Shown: positions 1-7,786 of the stretch, piece after piece
How positions within the stretch are numbered: position 1 is the first letter of the stretch
Layout: the number at the start of each line of letters is the position of its first letter
The notes under the pieces: generated by a model
What the model saw: the letters and a program-made list of their open reading frames with translations, nothing else
Databases searched by the model: none
Told to the model about the DNA's origin: nothing
Position numbers and translations under genes: made by a program
NCBI GenBank assembly: GCA_003559495.1
Contig: PWLE01000009.1
Coordinates: 1-56,245 of the forward strand
DNA from: Mollicutes bacterium
Lineage (GTDB): Bacteria > Bacillota_I > Bacilli_A > RF39 > UBA660
Direction: 5' to 3'
Length of the DNA stretch: 56,245 nucleotides

Positions 1-115
1 CGCAAACATACGTTCTTGTCAACGATTTTTAAGGCAGGATTAACGCAAATACAAAATCATAACACTTCATCATATATAAAGGAAAAAATACACGTTTGTA
101 AAAAGGAGGAATAAA

Positions 116-862
116 ATGGAACTATATCAAAAACTCGAACTATTAAGGAAAGAAAAGGGAGAAAAAGAGAACAGAAAGTTAACTCAAGAAATAGCGGCTC
201 AAGAAATGGGCTTAAGTGTATCCGCATTAAGAAATTATGAAGGATCGCGACTTCCTAGGTTAGAAGAATTAAGAAAAATAAAAATTTATTATGATGTCCC
301 CTATGAATATTTATGCAATGATTTATGCGAAAACAAAATCCCAGGCAACCTATCTGCTGGTACATTTTTTGGGTTGTCAGATACTACAATACAAATGCTC
401 CGCGAACAGTATCTAAAAAAAGAAAAAACTTCTCGTTGGGGTGAACATCCTGGAGACATTGATGTTATTTCGACAATTAACTTACTATGCGAGTATGGAG
501 GAGCAACTTTTTTTGAAGATATTGGTATATTTATCGAGAAACCAAATATAGACAACAAACACTTTTCTAAAAAAGACAAAGAGAATATATTTAAACTTAG
601 AGAAGGCATTGTTTTGTTAGATTTGGATGAATGGTTAAAAGAAGACATTATGAGAGATATAGATTATTTTGTTTTATCTAAACAAATGGAAGCTGTTTTT
701 CTAAAAATTAAGAATTCAAAAACAACTATTGATAACCTCAAAGAAAAGGTTAAAAACATGCGAGAATACAGAAGGCATCATTATGAACCTGAGAAAAAAA
801 AAGAACCTATCTGTTTTAATAAATCTATAGAAACAGCAAACAAATCGATGGGATTTGAATAA
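116..862 (+). CDS. XRE/cI-type helix-turn-helix regulator with uncharacterised C-terminal domain (candidate element repressor)
   Basis: N-terminal LTQEIAAQEMGLSVSALRNYEGSRLP HTH pattern; SD AAGGAGG 7 nt before the ATG; directly upstream of the integrase. Confidence 0.6.
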   Translation: MELYQKLELLRKEKGEKENRKLTQEIAAQEMGLSVSALRNYEGSRLPRLEELRKIKIYYDVPYEYLCNDLCENKIPGNLSAGTFFGLSDTTIQMLREQYLKKEKTSRWGEHPGDIDVISTINLLCEYGGATFFEDIGIFIEKPNIDNKHFSKKDKENIFKLREGIVLLDLDEWLKEDIMRDIDYFVLSKQMEAVFLKIKNSKTTIDNLKEKVKNMREYRRHHYEPEKKKEPICFNKSIETANKSMGFE

Positions 863-886
863 TAAAATAGTAAAGGAGAAACAATA

Positions 887-2020
887 ATGGCAGTATATCA
901 AAGAAAGAAAAACACGTGGCGAATTGAAGTTGATGTTGGTTTTGATACTTATGGGAAAAGAAAAAGACTTATTGAAACATTAAAAGGCTCAAAAACAGAA
1001 GCAAAAGCTCGTGAGGCTGAAATAAGGTCTAAAGTTAAAAGTGGTTCTTTATTAGAAAAAAACACATATTCATTTGAAGAATTTAGCAACAAATGGTTAA
1101 AGGAACATGCTATTCCTACAATGGGACCAAGAACTGTTGAAACATATAAATACTACTTAAAAAATATTAATGGTCAAATTGGATTTATAAAAATTACCCA
1201 TTTAAAACCCCTTCACTTAATAAAATTCTATAATTATTTACGAAACTTAGAAGGAAAAGAAAAACTAGCTGATGCGACAATTCAAAAACATTATTCCATT
1301 ATTAATGCAATATTAAACAAAGCAGTAAAGTGGAAAATTATTCATAACAATCCTAACCTAGACATTGATAAACCAAAGATTAAGAAAACGGAAGCCAAAT
1401 ATTATGATTTAGATCAAACAAGAAAACTAATTAATTCCTTAGAACTTGAACCGCCTATGCATAAAGCTTTAATACTATTAGCACTAGACACAGGAGCCCG
1501 CAGAGGCGAAATAATTGCTCTAGAGTGGAACGATATTGATTATAAGAACAAATCAATAACTATAAATAAAACCGTACAATATGTTGCCGGCAAAGGTTTA
1601 ATAGAAAAAGACCCAAAAACTAACTCATCATATAGAAAAGTTGCTATCACCGATATATCCATATCAGTTTTACAAGAGTGGGAACTTATTCAGCAAGAAA
1701 CAAAGAAAAAACTAAAAAAAGTATGGGCTGGAAGTAATAAAGTCTTTACTACATCCGAAGGAAAAACAACCTTGCCAGAAACAGCAAGTAAAATCTTTAC
1801 TAATATATTGAAAAAGCATAATCTACCTCACATAAATTTTCATGGTTTAAGACACACATCTGTTAGTTTACTAATAGCAAGTGGTATTCATAGTAAAGTT
1901 ATTAGCGACCGAGTTGGACATTCTTCAATAGCTACTACTACTAATATTTATTCACATGTTTTTGAATCCGTTACAAATGAAGTCAGAAGCAAATTAAATA
2001 CCATTCTAGAAAATAAGTAA
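887..2020 (+). CDS. int: Site-specific tyrosine recombinase (phage/ICE integrase)
   Basis: N-terminal arm-binding-type region (YQRKKNTWRIEVDVG..GKRKR), ARRGE, HGLRHTSVSLL and GHSSIATTTNIYSHV catalytic motifs; SD AAGGAGA. Confidence 0.9.
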   Translation: MAVYQRKKNTWRIEVDVGFDTYGKRKRLIETLKGSKTEAKAREAEIRSKVKSGSLLEKNTYSFEEFSNKWLKEHAIPTMGPRTVETYKYYLKNINGQIGFIKITHLKPLHLIKFYNYLRNLEGKEKLADATIQKHYSIINAILNKAVKWKIIHNNPNLDIDKPKIKKTEAKYYDLDQTRKLINSLELEPPMHKALILLALDTGARRGEIIALEWNDIDYKNKSITINKTVQYVAGKGLIEKDPKTNSSYRKVAITDISISVLQEWELIQQETKKKLKKVWAGSNKVFTTSEGKTTLPETASKIFTNILKKHNLPHINFHGLRHTSVSLLIASGIHSKVISDRVGHSSIATTTNIYSHVFESVTNEVRSKLNTILENK

Positions 2021-2049
2021 AAATCACCCTATTTTTTATTTTTTTAGAA

Positions 2050-2071
2050 AAAATGCCACCAAAATGCCACC
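2050..2071. repeat. Perfect tandem duplication of the 11-mer AAAATGCCACC
   Basis: Read directly: aaaatgccacc aaaatgccacc, between the integrase stop and the tRNA-Arg 3' end. Confidence 0.8.
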
Positions 2072-2133
2072 ATTTTGCTATTTTAAACAAAAAAAGAGAT
2101 TCGTAAAAACCTTGCAATCTCTTTATTCATATA

Positions 2134-2210
2134 TGGTGTCCCAGGAAGGATTCGAACCTCCGACATCCGCCTTAGAAGGGCGATGCTCTATCCAGCTGAG
2201 CTACTGGGAC
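2134..2210 (-). tRNA. tRNA-Arg (anticodon TCT), CCA encoded
   Basis: Reverse complement GTCCCAGTAGCTCAGCTGGATAGAGCATCGCCCTTCTAAGGCGGATGTCGGAGGTTCGAATCCTTCCTGGGACACCA folds as a cloverleaf; anticodon loop CTTCTAA. Confidence 0.9.
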
Positions 2211-2258
2211 AAAAGCAAAAACATTATATAATATTTTTATAATGTTTTCAACTATTTT

Positions 2259-3488
2259 TTATTCATTAGGATTATTTACATGTCCAGAAAATAAAATTAC
2301 ACTACTATCTAAATCAATAATGCCAACGTGAAAAGGTCGATTAATTTTCATTTTTTTATCAAATTGTGGCACTGATTCAACTCGCATTTCTACGGAAGTC
2401 ATTGCAGCTGCTTCAGTTCCCTCTTCATCTATGATCAAAACTGCCTCATGAATTACATCATGAATATGCAAACCATCCTGCTTAGCACTTACAGCCATAT
2501 TAGAAAAATCTGCTAACGATTCATCAAAAGCACTTTTTAAGCCGAGTGATTGTAACGCACCTTTTAAACTAGAACGAAACCCAATTTCTGTTTTTGGCAA
2601 ATGCAGTGATACTGATGTATTATTGTTTTTTGCTTTGGCAATATATTTATCCAATTTATTATAATCAAAACTACTTTCATTTTGGGGAAGCGCTACAAAC
2701 ATTGCTGTTTCACTACCTTCATAAGGAAGCAATACGAATTGAACATCTTCATCTTCATAATAATCAAAGTTATTAATTTTGTGCATCATATCAACATCAA
2801 CAACTTTATCACCAGTGATAAAAAAATCAGTTTCATAAGTATCTTCTTTTTCAAATTGCTTTAGCCAGTCCCCTTGGAAATAAATAGTATTAATTAAAAA
2901 CATAACTGTTAAAGGGTCTATTTCTTCAACTGCCTCTTCAATTAATCCTTCCGTTGTTTTCGCAACCCATTCGTTAATAATATCAACAGCACTTGCTTTA
3001 TTAAAATCTAAATAAGAAACCTTAGCACCATAATATTCTTTATTTTTAGTTAAAAACGACTCCAAAACTTCTTTTTGATATGTATCACGAATCCATAGTG
3101 AATTAGATAATTTAAACTCAATATCCTCATAACCACGCACTAAATACTGCAACTCGCGATTCAAATCGTTTAAATCAACATCCTTGCCAAAAACATTTTC
3201 AAACTCTTCCTTTGTTATTTCCGCAGCGCCATTATAAGTCATCCCTAAAGCCATATAAATACTAAGTGGCGAGAAAAACAAATTTTCTTCTCCTTCCAAT
3301 TCTTGATACAATTCATTAGCAAAAGTATTTAATTGATTAATTTCAATCTTTTCAAGCGTTCTTGCTGCTTGCAAATTAGTTAAATGACCTTTATTAAAAG
3401 AATCTTTCTCCCTAAATAAAACAAAAGTTACCAGACCAACTAATAACAGTAGCAAAATAAAAATTCCAATAACTTTTTTTTGCTTCAT
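2259..3488 (-). CDS. Serpin-family serine protease inhibitor with N-terminal membrane anchor / signal sequence
   Basis: FSPLSIYMALGMTYNGA, NTIYFQGDWLKQF, hinge EEGTEAAAMT, NRPFH motifs; start moved to the ATG at 3488 (MKQKKVIGIF..) behind SD GGGAGTG. Confidence 0.85.
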   Translation of the reverse strand: MKQKKVIGIFILLLLLVGLVTFVLFREKDSFNKGHLTNLQAARTLEKIEINQLNTFANELYQELEGEENLFFSPLSIYMALGMTYNGAAEITKEEFENVFGKDVDLNDLNRELQYLVRGYEDIEFKLSNSLWIRDTYQKEVLESFLTKNKEYYGAKVSYLDFNKASAVDIINEWVAKTTEGLIEEAVEEIDPLTVMFLINTIYFQGDWLKQFEKEDTYETDFFITGDKVVDVDMMHKINNFDYYEDEDVQFVLLPYEGSETAMFVALPQNESSFDYNKLDKYIAKAKNNNTSVSLHLPKTEIGFRSSLKGALQSLGLKSAFDESLADFSNMAVSAKQDGLHIHDVIHEAVLIIDEEGTEAAAMTSVEMRVESVPQFDKKMKINRPFHVGIIDLDSSVILFSGHVNNPNE

Positions 3489-3607
3489 TTTATCACTCCC
3501 TTGTTTTATATTATAGCATAATCTTCCCATAAAAATATATTAATTATTATTGCATTATTTTATTTTTTTTGTTATCATTAAATTTGTAAGTCATAAGGAG
3601 GGATAAG

Positions 3608-4549
3608 ATGAAAAAAATTATTACTTTATCATTAATTAGTTTATTATTTGTACTTGGGTGTGGCAATCCACAATTAAAAGACGGCAGTGAGGTTGTTGCA
3701 GAAATTGATGGCTATCAAATAACTGCGGATGACATTTATCAAGATATGAAACAAATATATGGTGCGGGGACAACAGTTGATTTAATCGACACCTTTATCG
3801 CCAATTTAGTAATAGAAACAACTGATGAAATTGTAAAACAAGCCGAAGAAATGATTGAAATGTATAAAATGCAAAGTTCCGAAGAAGATTGGGAGGAATT
3901 ATTAATATCTTCTGGTTTTCGAGATGAAAATGAATTAAAGGAAACATTAATAAATAATTTTAAACGAGAAGAAGCATTAAAGAAATTTATTGCCGATAAT
4001 TTAGATGAAGATGATGTTTTAAAATACTACGAAGAAGATTATCATGGTCAGATGGATGTTCGACACATTTTAATTCAACCAGAAGAAAATGTTGAAGATC
4101 AAAGCGCCGCTTTAGAAACAGCTTATGAAAAAGCCGAAGAAATAATTGAAAAACTAAATGATGGCGCTGATTTTATTGAAATGGTTAAAGAATACTCTGA
4201 TGATCATGTTGGTGAAGATCCTGGTTTAATTGCTAATGTTTCACTCGAAGCACACGTTGATGACTTTTATTACGCTTCAAAAGCACTTGAAGTTGATGAA
4301 TATACCAAAGAACCAGTTCAAACACAATTTGGCTATCACATAATTTTAAAAGTGCAAGAAGAAGAGAAATTAACTTTTGAAGATGCAAAAAACGAAATAC
4401 AAGAAATTTTAGCAGAGCGAACATTAGAACAAAGTAATGATCAACAACTTCGTAAGTTTTGGGGCGAATTAAGACAAGAATACAATTTAACAATTTATGA
4501 TGATGATATTAGAGCTACTTATAATAGCAATTTCCTCTTTTTTGAATAA
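3608..4549 (+). CDS. prsA: PrsA-like foldase lipoprotein (parvulin-type peptidyl-prolyl isomerase)
   Basis: Lipobox LFVLGCG; parvulin core VRHILIQ...FGYHIILKV; SD AAGGAGGG. Confidence 0.8.
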   Translation: MKKIITLSLISLLFVLGCGNPQLKDGSEVVAEIDGYQITADDIYQDMKQIYGAGTTVDLIDTFIANLVIETTDEIVKQAEEMIEMYKMQSSEEDWEELLISSGFRDENELKETLINNFKREEALKKFIADNLDEDDVLKYYEEDYHGQMDVRHILIQPEENVEDQSAALETAYEKAEEIIEKLNDGADFIEMVKEYSDDHVGEDPGLIANVSLEAHVDDFYYASKALEVDEYTKEPVQTQFGYHIILKVQEEEKLTFEDAKNEIQEILAERTLEQSNDQQLRKFWGELRQEYNLTIYDDDIRATYNSNFLFFE

Positions 4550-4560
4550 AGAAAAGGTGA

Positions 4561-5286
4561 TTATTTTATCACCTTTTTTATCTCTTCATTAGAAAATCCT
4601 TTTTGATATAAAAGGGTTTTTATTTTTTCTAAATCTTTATGCTTTCGCATTAATTTATTTTTTTCTTTTGCAATTATTTTAATATCAAAAAAATAATATT
4701 GATTAAACATTTCATTTATTTTTTCTCTTTCATAACCTAGATTTAAACAATAAGATAAAACCTTTTGCCACAATAAAAGCCGGGGATATTTTTCATTTTT
4801 CTTGATTTGCGAACTAACTATTTTTTTTAATTTCTCATCAAATTTAACAGTTGCTATTTTTTCCAGCTCCTTATTAACTATTTCCTCATCAATACCATGC
4901 AACAATAATTCTTCTTTTATTTTCCAATAGCCTTTTTTAGTGAAATTTAATTTATCATTAATAAAAGCTTGCGCAAAAGCGGTATCATTAATATAATTAT
5001 TCTTTATTAAATAATCAATAACTTGCTTTTGATAATGAAAATCATTTGTAAACTTTTCAACCTCTTGTCTACTACGAAACTTTTTAGCAATAAACTTGAA
5101 GGTTTTATTTAGTTCATCATAATAAAGCAAATCAGTTTGTAAATTATTAAACTTATGCTTCGTTATTTTTTTTATTGTCAGCAAATTATATTTTAATATT
5201 AAATCAGCCGGAACTTTTAAAACATTATGTTCTATCATTACCTCATACCAATCTTTTTCTAAATATTTTATTTTTTTTATTTCCAT
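4561..5286 (-). CDS. recX: RecX-family regulatory protein
   Basis: Repeated RecX-like helical units (YINDTAFAQAFINDKL..KGYWKIKEELLLHGIDEEI); no SD, start may coincide with the transcription start. Confidence 0.6.
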   Translation of the reverse strand: MEIKKIKYLEKDWYEVMIEHNVLKVPADLILKYNLLTIKKITKHKFNNLQTDLLYYDELNKTFKFIAKKFRSRQEVEKFTNDFHYQKQVIDYLIKNNYINDTAFAQAFINDKLNFTKKGYWKIKEELLLHGIDEEIVNKELEKIATVKFDEKLKKIVSSQIKKNEKYPRLLLWQKVLSYCLNLGYEREKINEMFNQYYFFDIKIIAKEKNKLMRKHKDLEKIKTLLYQKGFSNEEIKKVIK

Positions 5287-5292
5287 AAAATA

Positions 5293-5321
5293 ATTATAGC
5301 AAACATTTGTTTGCTAAGCAA
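5293..5321 (-). promoter_or_regulatory. Candidate recX promoter TTGCTT-17-TATAAT; the spacer is the palindrome AGCAAAC-AAAT-GTTTGCT
   Basis: -35 at 5316..5321, -10 at 5293..5298, only 6 nt between the -10 and the ATG at 5286. Confidence 0.45.
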
Positions 5322-5340
5322 TAAAAAAAAATAAGTTTCC

Positions 5341-5538
5341 TTATTTTTTAATTGTAATCATATCCGTTGCAACTTCTTCCAAGGCTTTTCCAATATCTTT
5401 TTTTGATTTATAGTCTTTCACTTCCATTTGATAATGATTATACTCTTTCATCTCGCGCACTCTTGTTGCAACAATATTAACTAACAAAAATTTAGAACCA
5501 ATTTTTTCCGTTAAACGATCAATTGATGGATAAATCAT
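5341..5538 (-). CDS. rpoZ: DNA-directed RNA polymerase subunit omega
   Basis: MIYPSIDRLTEKIGSKFLLVNIVATRVREM matches the omega N-terminal signature; 65 aa. Confidence 0.85.
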   Translation of the reverse strand: MIYPSIDRLTEKIGSKFLLVNIVATRVREMKEYNHYQMEVKDYKSKKDIGKALEEVATDMITIKK

Positions 5539-5572
5539 CTCTTCCCCTCCTAAAATTAATATATCTTATTTT

Positions 5573-6835
5573 TTAGACAATTGCAATAACAACCTTCTTC
5601 TCTTTTACTTTTTGCACCGAAAATTGATAACATGATAAAAATTCTTTTGAAGCAGGTTTTATATTATCAAAATAAACCTTTAATAAAGGATCACCCTTTT
5701 TTATATAGTCCCCTTCTTTTTTATGCAAAACAACGCCTACACCAAGCGAAATTTCATCATTAACTTCTAGTCGCCCGGCACCTAATTGTTGCACTAATTT
5801 TCCTATTTTAAAAGCATCTATTTTTTTAACAAAACCACTTTTGGGACTATTAATTAGCAAAGTTTGCTTGCTAATTTTAATGTTTCTAACTTCGCCACCT
5901 TGGTTTTCAATAATTTCAAAAAAAGAATTTAAAGCTTTACCATTATTTAAAACCTCTTCAATTTGTTGACAAGCAACTTGATAGGAAACTTTTCTTTCTT
6001 GCTTTAATAATTGACTCGTTAATTCCATTACTAAATCATACAACTTTTTATCATAATTCCCATTTAGAAAAGATAAGGCTTCCATCACTTCCAAACCATT
6101 GCCTACATTAATACCAAGTGGCTCATCCATTCGTGATAAAACACAAATTACTTTTAGGCGATAATGCCGGCCAATTTTTTTTAATAATCTCGCTAATTCT
6201 AATCCTTGTTTTTTCGTTTTTATAAAAGCGCCACGACCAACTTTAATATCGATAACTAATATTTTACTACCACTAGCAACTTTTTTACTCATAATACTAC
6301 TAGCAATTAAGGGTATAGAGTTAGTTGTTGCCGTAACATCGCGCAATTGGTAAATTAATTTATCGGCTGGGGCGATATCAGCACTTTGTTGCAACAAACA
6401 AACACCAATTTCTTCTAAACTTTTTTTTATCTCAGCTGGTGACAAGATTAACTGCATTCCTTTAATTGCTGCTAACTTATCAGCAGTTCCTCCCGTATGT
6501 CCTAATCCTCGCCCACTCATTTTTACCATTTTCATTCCTAATGCCGCAGCAATTGGCGCAATGATTAAAGTCGTTTTATCCCCGACACCACCAGTAGAAT
6601 GTTTATCAACTAATTTCTCACCAAAAGATAGTTGTCGGCCACTTTTTATTAAAACATCTGTAAAAACCTTTGCTTCTTGATCAGAAAAACCATTAATAGT
6701 AACCGCCATTAAAAAAGCACTCATTTGATAATTAGGAATAACTCCTTCTAAAAAGCCATTAACAAAAAAAGTTAATTCCTTCTTATTTAATTTCCTGCTA
6801 TTTCTTTTTTTTTCAATTAATTCTACCGCTTTCAT
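5573..6835 (-). CDS. pdp: Pyrimidine-nucleoside (thymidine) phosphorylase
   Basis: HSTGGVGDKTTL, SGRGLGHTGGTADKL motifs; start moved to the ATG at 6835 behind GGTGA. Confidence 0.9.
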   Translation of the reverse strand: MKAVELIEKKRNSRKLNKKELTFFVNGFLEGVIPNYQMSAFLMAVTINGFSDQEAKVFTDVLIKSGRQLSFGEKLVDKHSTGGVGDKTTLIIAPIAAALGMKMVKMSGRGLGHTGGTADKLAAIKGMQLILSPAEIKKSLEEIGVCLLQQSADIAPADKLIYQLRDVTATTNSIPLIASSIMSKKVASGSKILVIDIKVGRGAFIKTKKQGLELARLLKKIGRHYRLKVICVLSRMDEPLGINVGNGLEVMEALSFLNGNYDKKLYDLVMELTSQLLKQERKVSYQVACQQIEEVLNNGKALNSFFEIIENQGGEVRNIKISKQTLLINSPKSGFVKKIDAFKIGKLVQQLGAGRLEVNDEISLGVGVVLHKKEGDYIKKGDPLLKVYFDNIKPASKEFLSCYQFSVQKVKEKKVVIAIV

Positions 6836-6874
6836 AATTTCACCACTTAAATTATAACACAAAAAAACAAATTA

Positions 6875-7231
6875 TTAATTTGTTTGATGATATTTTAAAA
6901 TTTTTACGCTTCTTTCGGGATCTTTTAGGGTTTTATTATGTAGCATCGTATTTTTCCGCAACTCTTTTAAAAATATTAATTCTTCTTTGGCTATTGTTGC
7001 ATAATAAGTTTTAGTATCTTCCGCCATCACCTTTAGATCACGACCTAGCATTTCATCAACGCTAACATCAAAAACTTCCGCTAATTTAATTATCACTGGC
7101 AAACTAGGAATACGCTTACCACTTTCATAACCACAAACAGAAACTTTAGAAACTCCTATTTTATTAGCTAAAGCTTGTTGACTAATTTTCTTATTAAGGC
7201 GAATTTCCTTTACTCTTTTTCCAATTAACAT
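6875..7231 (-). CDS. XRE-family HTH transcriptional regulator
   Basis: KISQQALANKIGVSKVSVCGYESGKRIPS HTH; ATG at 7231 is 9 nt after GAGGAG (the track start is a GTG too close to the SD). Confidence 0.8.
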   Translation of the reverse strand: MLIGKRVKEIRLNKKISQQALANKIGVSKVSVCGYESGKRIPSLPVIIKLAEVFDVSVDEMLGRDLKVMAEDTKTYYATIAKEELIFLKELRKNTMLHNKTLKDPERSVKILKYHQTN

Positions 7232-7288
7232 TATGCACACTCCTCATAATGTTAATTATATTTACTATTTATATACAAACATATTAAA

Positions 7289-7303
7289 TTAACTATCAGT
7301 TAA
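7289..7303. promoter_or_regulatory. Palindrome TTAACT-atc-AGTTAA in the promoter region of the XRE gene (candidate operator)
   Basis: Perfect 6-bp inverted repeat about 60 nt upstream of the XRE start, overlapping TTGACT / TTGCAA -35-like hexamers. Confidence 0.35.
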
Positions 7304-7313
7304 CTTTGCAAGT

Positions 7314-7340
7314 CAAAAAAAACAAGGATCAATCCTTGTT
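7314..7340 (-). terminator. Intrinsic terminator of ssb (the hairpin includes the stop codon)
   Basis: ACAAGGAT..ATCCTTGT stem followed by a T7 run on the minus strand. Confidence 0.6.
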
Positions 7341-7655
7341 TTTGTTAGATAAAAAGGTCACTTTCTCAGCTACTACTTCCATAACATTACGACGCATTTC
7401 ATCAACCTCAAAACTACGAGTATTAATACGGCCTTTAATTCCTAATAAATCTCCTTTTTTTACATATTCAACCGTATTTTCAGCAATTCCTTTCCATAAA
7501 ACACAAGAAATAAAATCTGTTTCATATTCACCTTGCGAATTTTTATAACTGCGAGGAACAGCAAGGGTTATATTAGTTACTTTATGACCATTTTCTGTCT
7601 CACGCAACTCAGGTTCTTGTACTAAGCGACCTACTAAAACTGTTTGATTTAACAC
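7329..7655 (-). CDS. ssb: Single-stranded DNA-binding protein, short form lacking the acidic C-terminal tail (SsbB-like)
   Basis: OB-fold signature LVGRLVQEPELRETENGHKVTNITLAV..DFISCVLWKGIAEN; 108 aa ending ..SNKNKD; GTG start 5 nt after AAAGGAGGT. Confidence 0.85.
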   Translation of the reverse strand: MLNQTVLVGRLVQEPELRETENGHKVTNITLAVPRSYKNSQGEYETDFISCVLWKGIAENTVEYVKKGDLLGIKGRINTRSFEVDEMRRNVMEVVAEKVTFLSNKNKD

Positions 7656-7714
7656 AATATACCTCCTTTCTTTACCAATATAAAAAAAAATAATTTTAAT
7701 GACAAATTATTCTT

Positions 7715-7743
7715 TATATATTTTTACATTTATTTATTGTCAA
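7715..7743 (-). promoter_or_regulatory. ssb promoter TTGACA-17-TATATA
   Basis: -35 at 7738..7743, -10 at 7715..7720 on the minus strand. Confidence 0.5.
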
Positions 7744-7786
7744 AAAAAAAGTTTTATCCTTCTAAAACTCTTTTTTAATGTTTTTT

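Larger units (their letters stand above)
1..2133 (+). mobile_element. Right-hand end of an integrated element (prophage / satellite / ICE-like), truncated by the window edge; HTH regulator -> integrase module pointing at tRNA-Arg
   Basis: Tyrosine integrase ends 113 nt from the CCA end of an intact tRNA-Arg gene and is preceded by a co-oriented HTH regulator. This is one of the few plus-strand blocks in the window. Confidence 0.6.

Noticed and set aside
301-901. Minus-strand ORFs 301..648 (115 aa) and 716..901 (61 aa) inside or antisense to the HTH regulator gene
   Set aside because: They are antisense shadows of a plausible SD-preceded plus-strand gene. The products are low-complexity, Ser/Phe/Lys-rich and lack an SD.
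2594-2864. Plus-strand ORFs 2594..2776 and 2682..2864 within the serpin gene
   Set aside because: They are antisense to a gene with clear serpin motifs, have no SD, and their composition is typical of AT-rich antisense frames.
7306-7548. Plus-strand 80-aa ORF overlapping ssb
   Set aside because: It is antisense to the OB-fold gene and begins inside the ssb terminator hairpin, with no SD.
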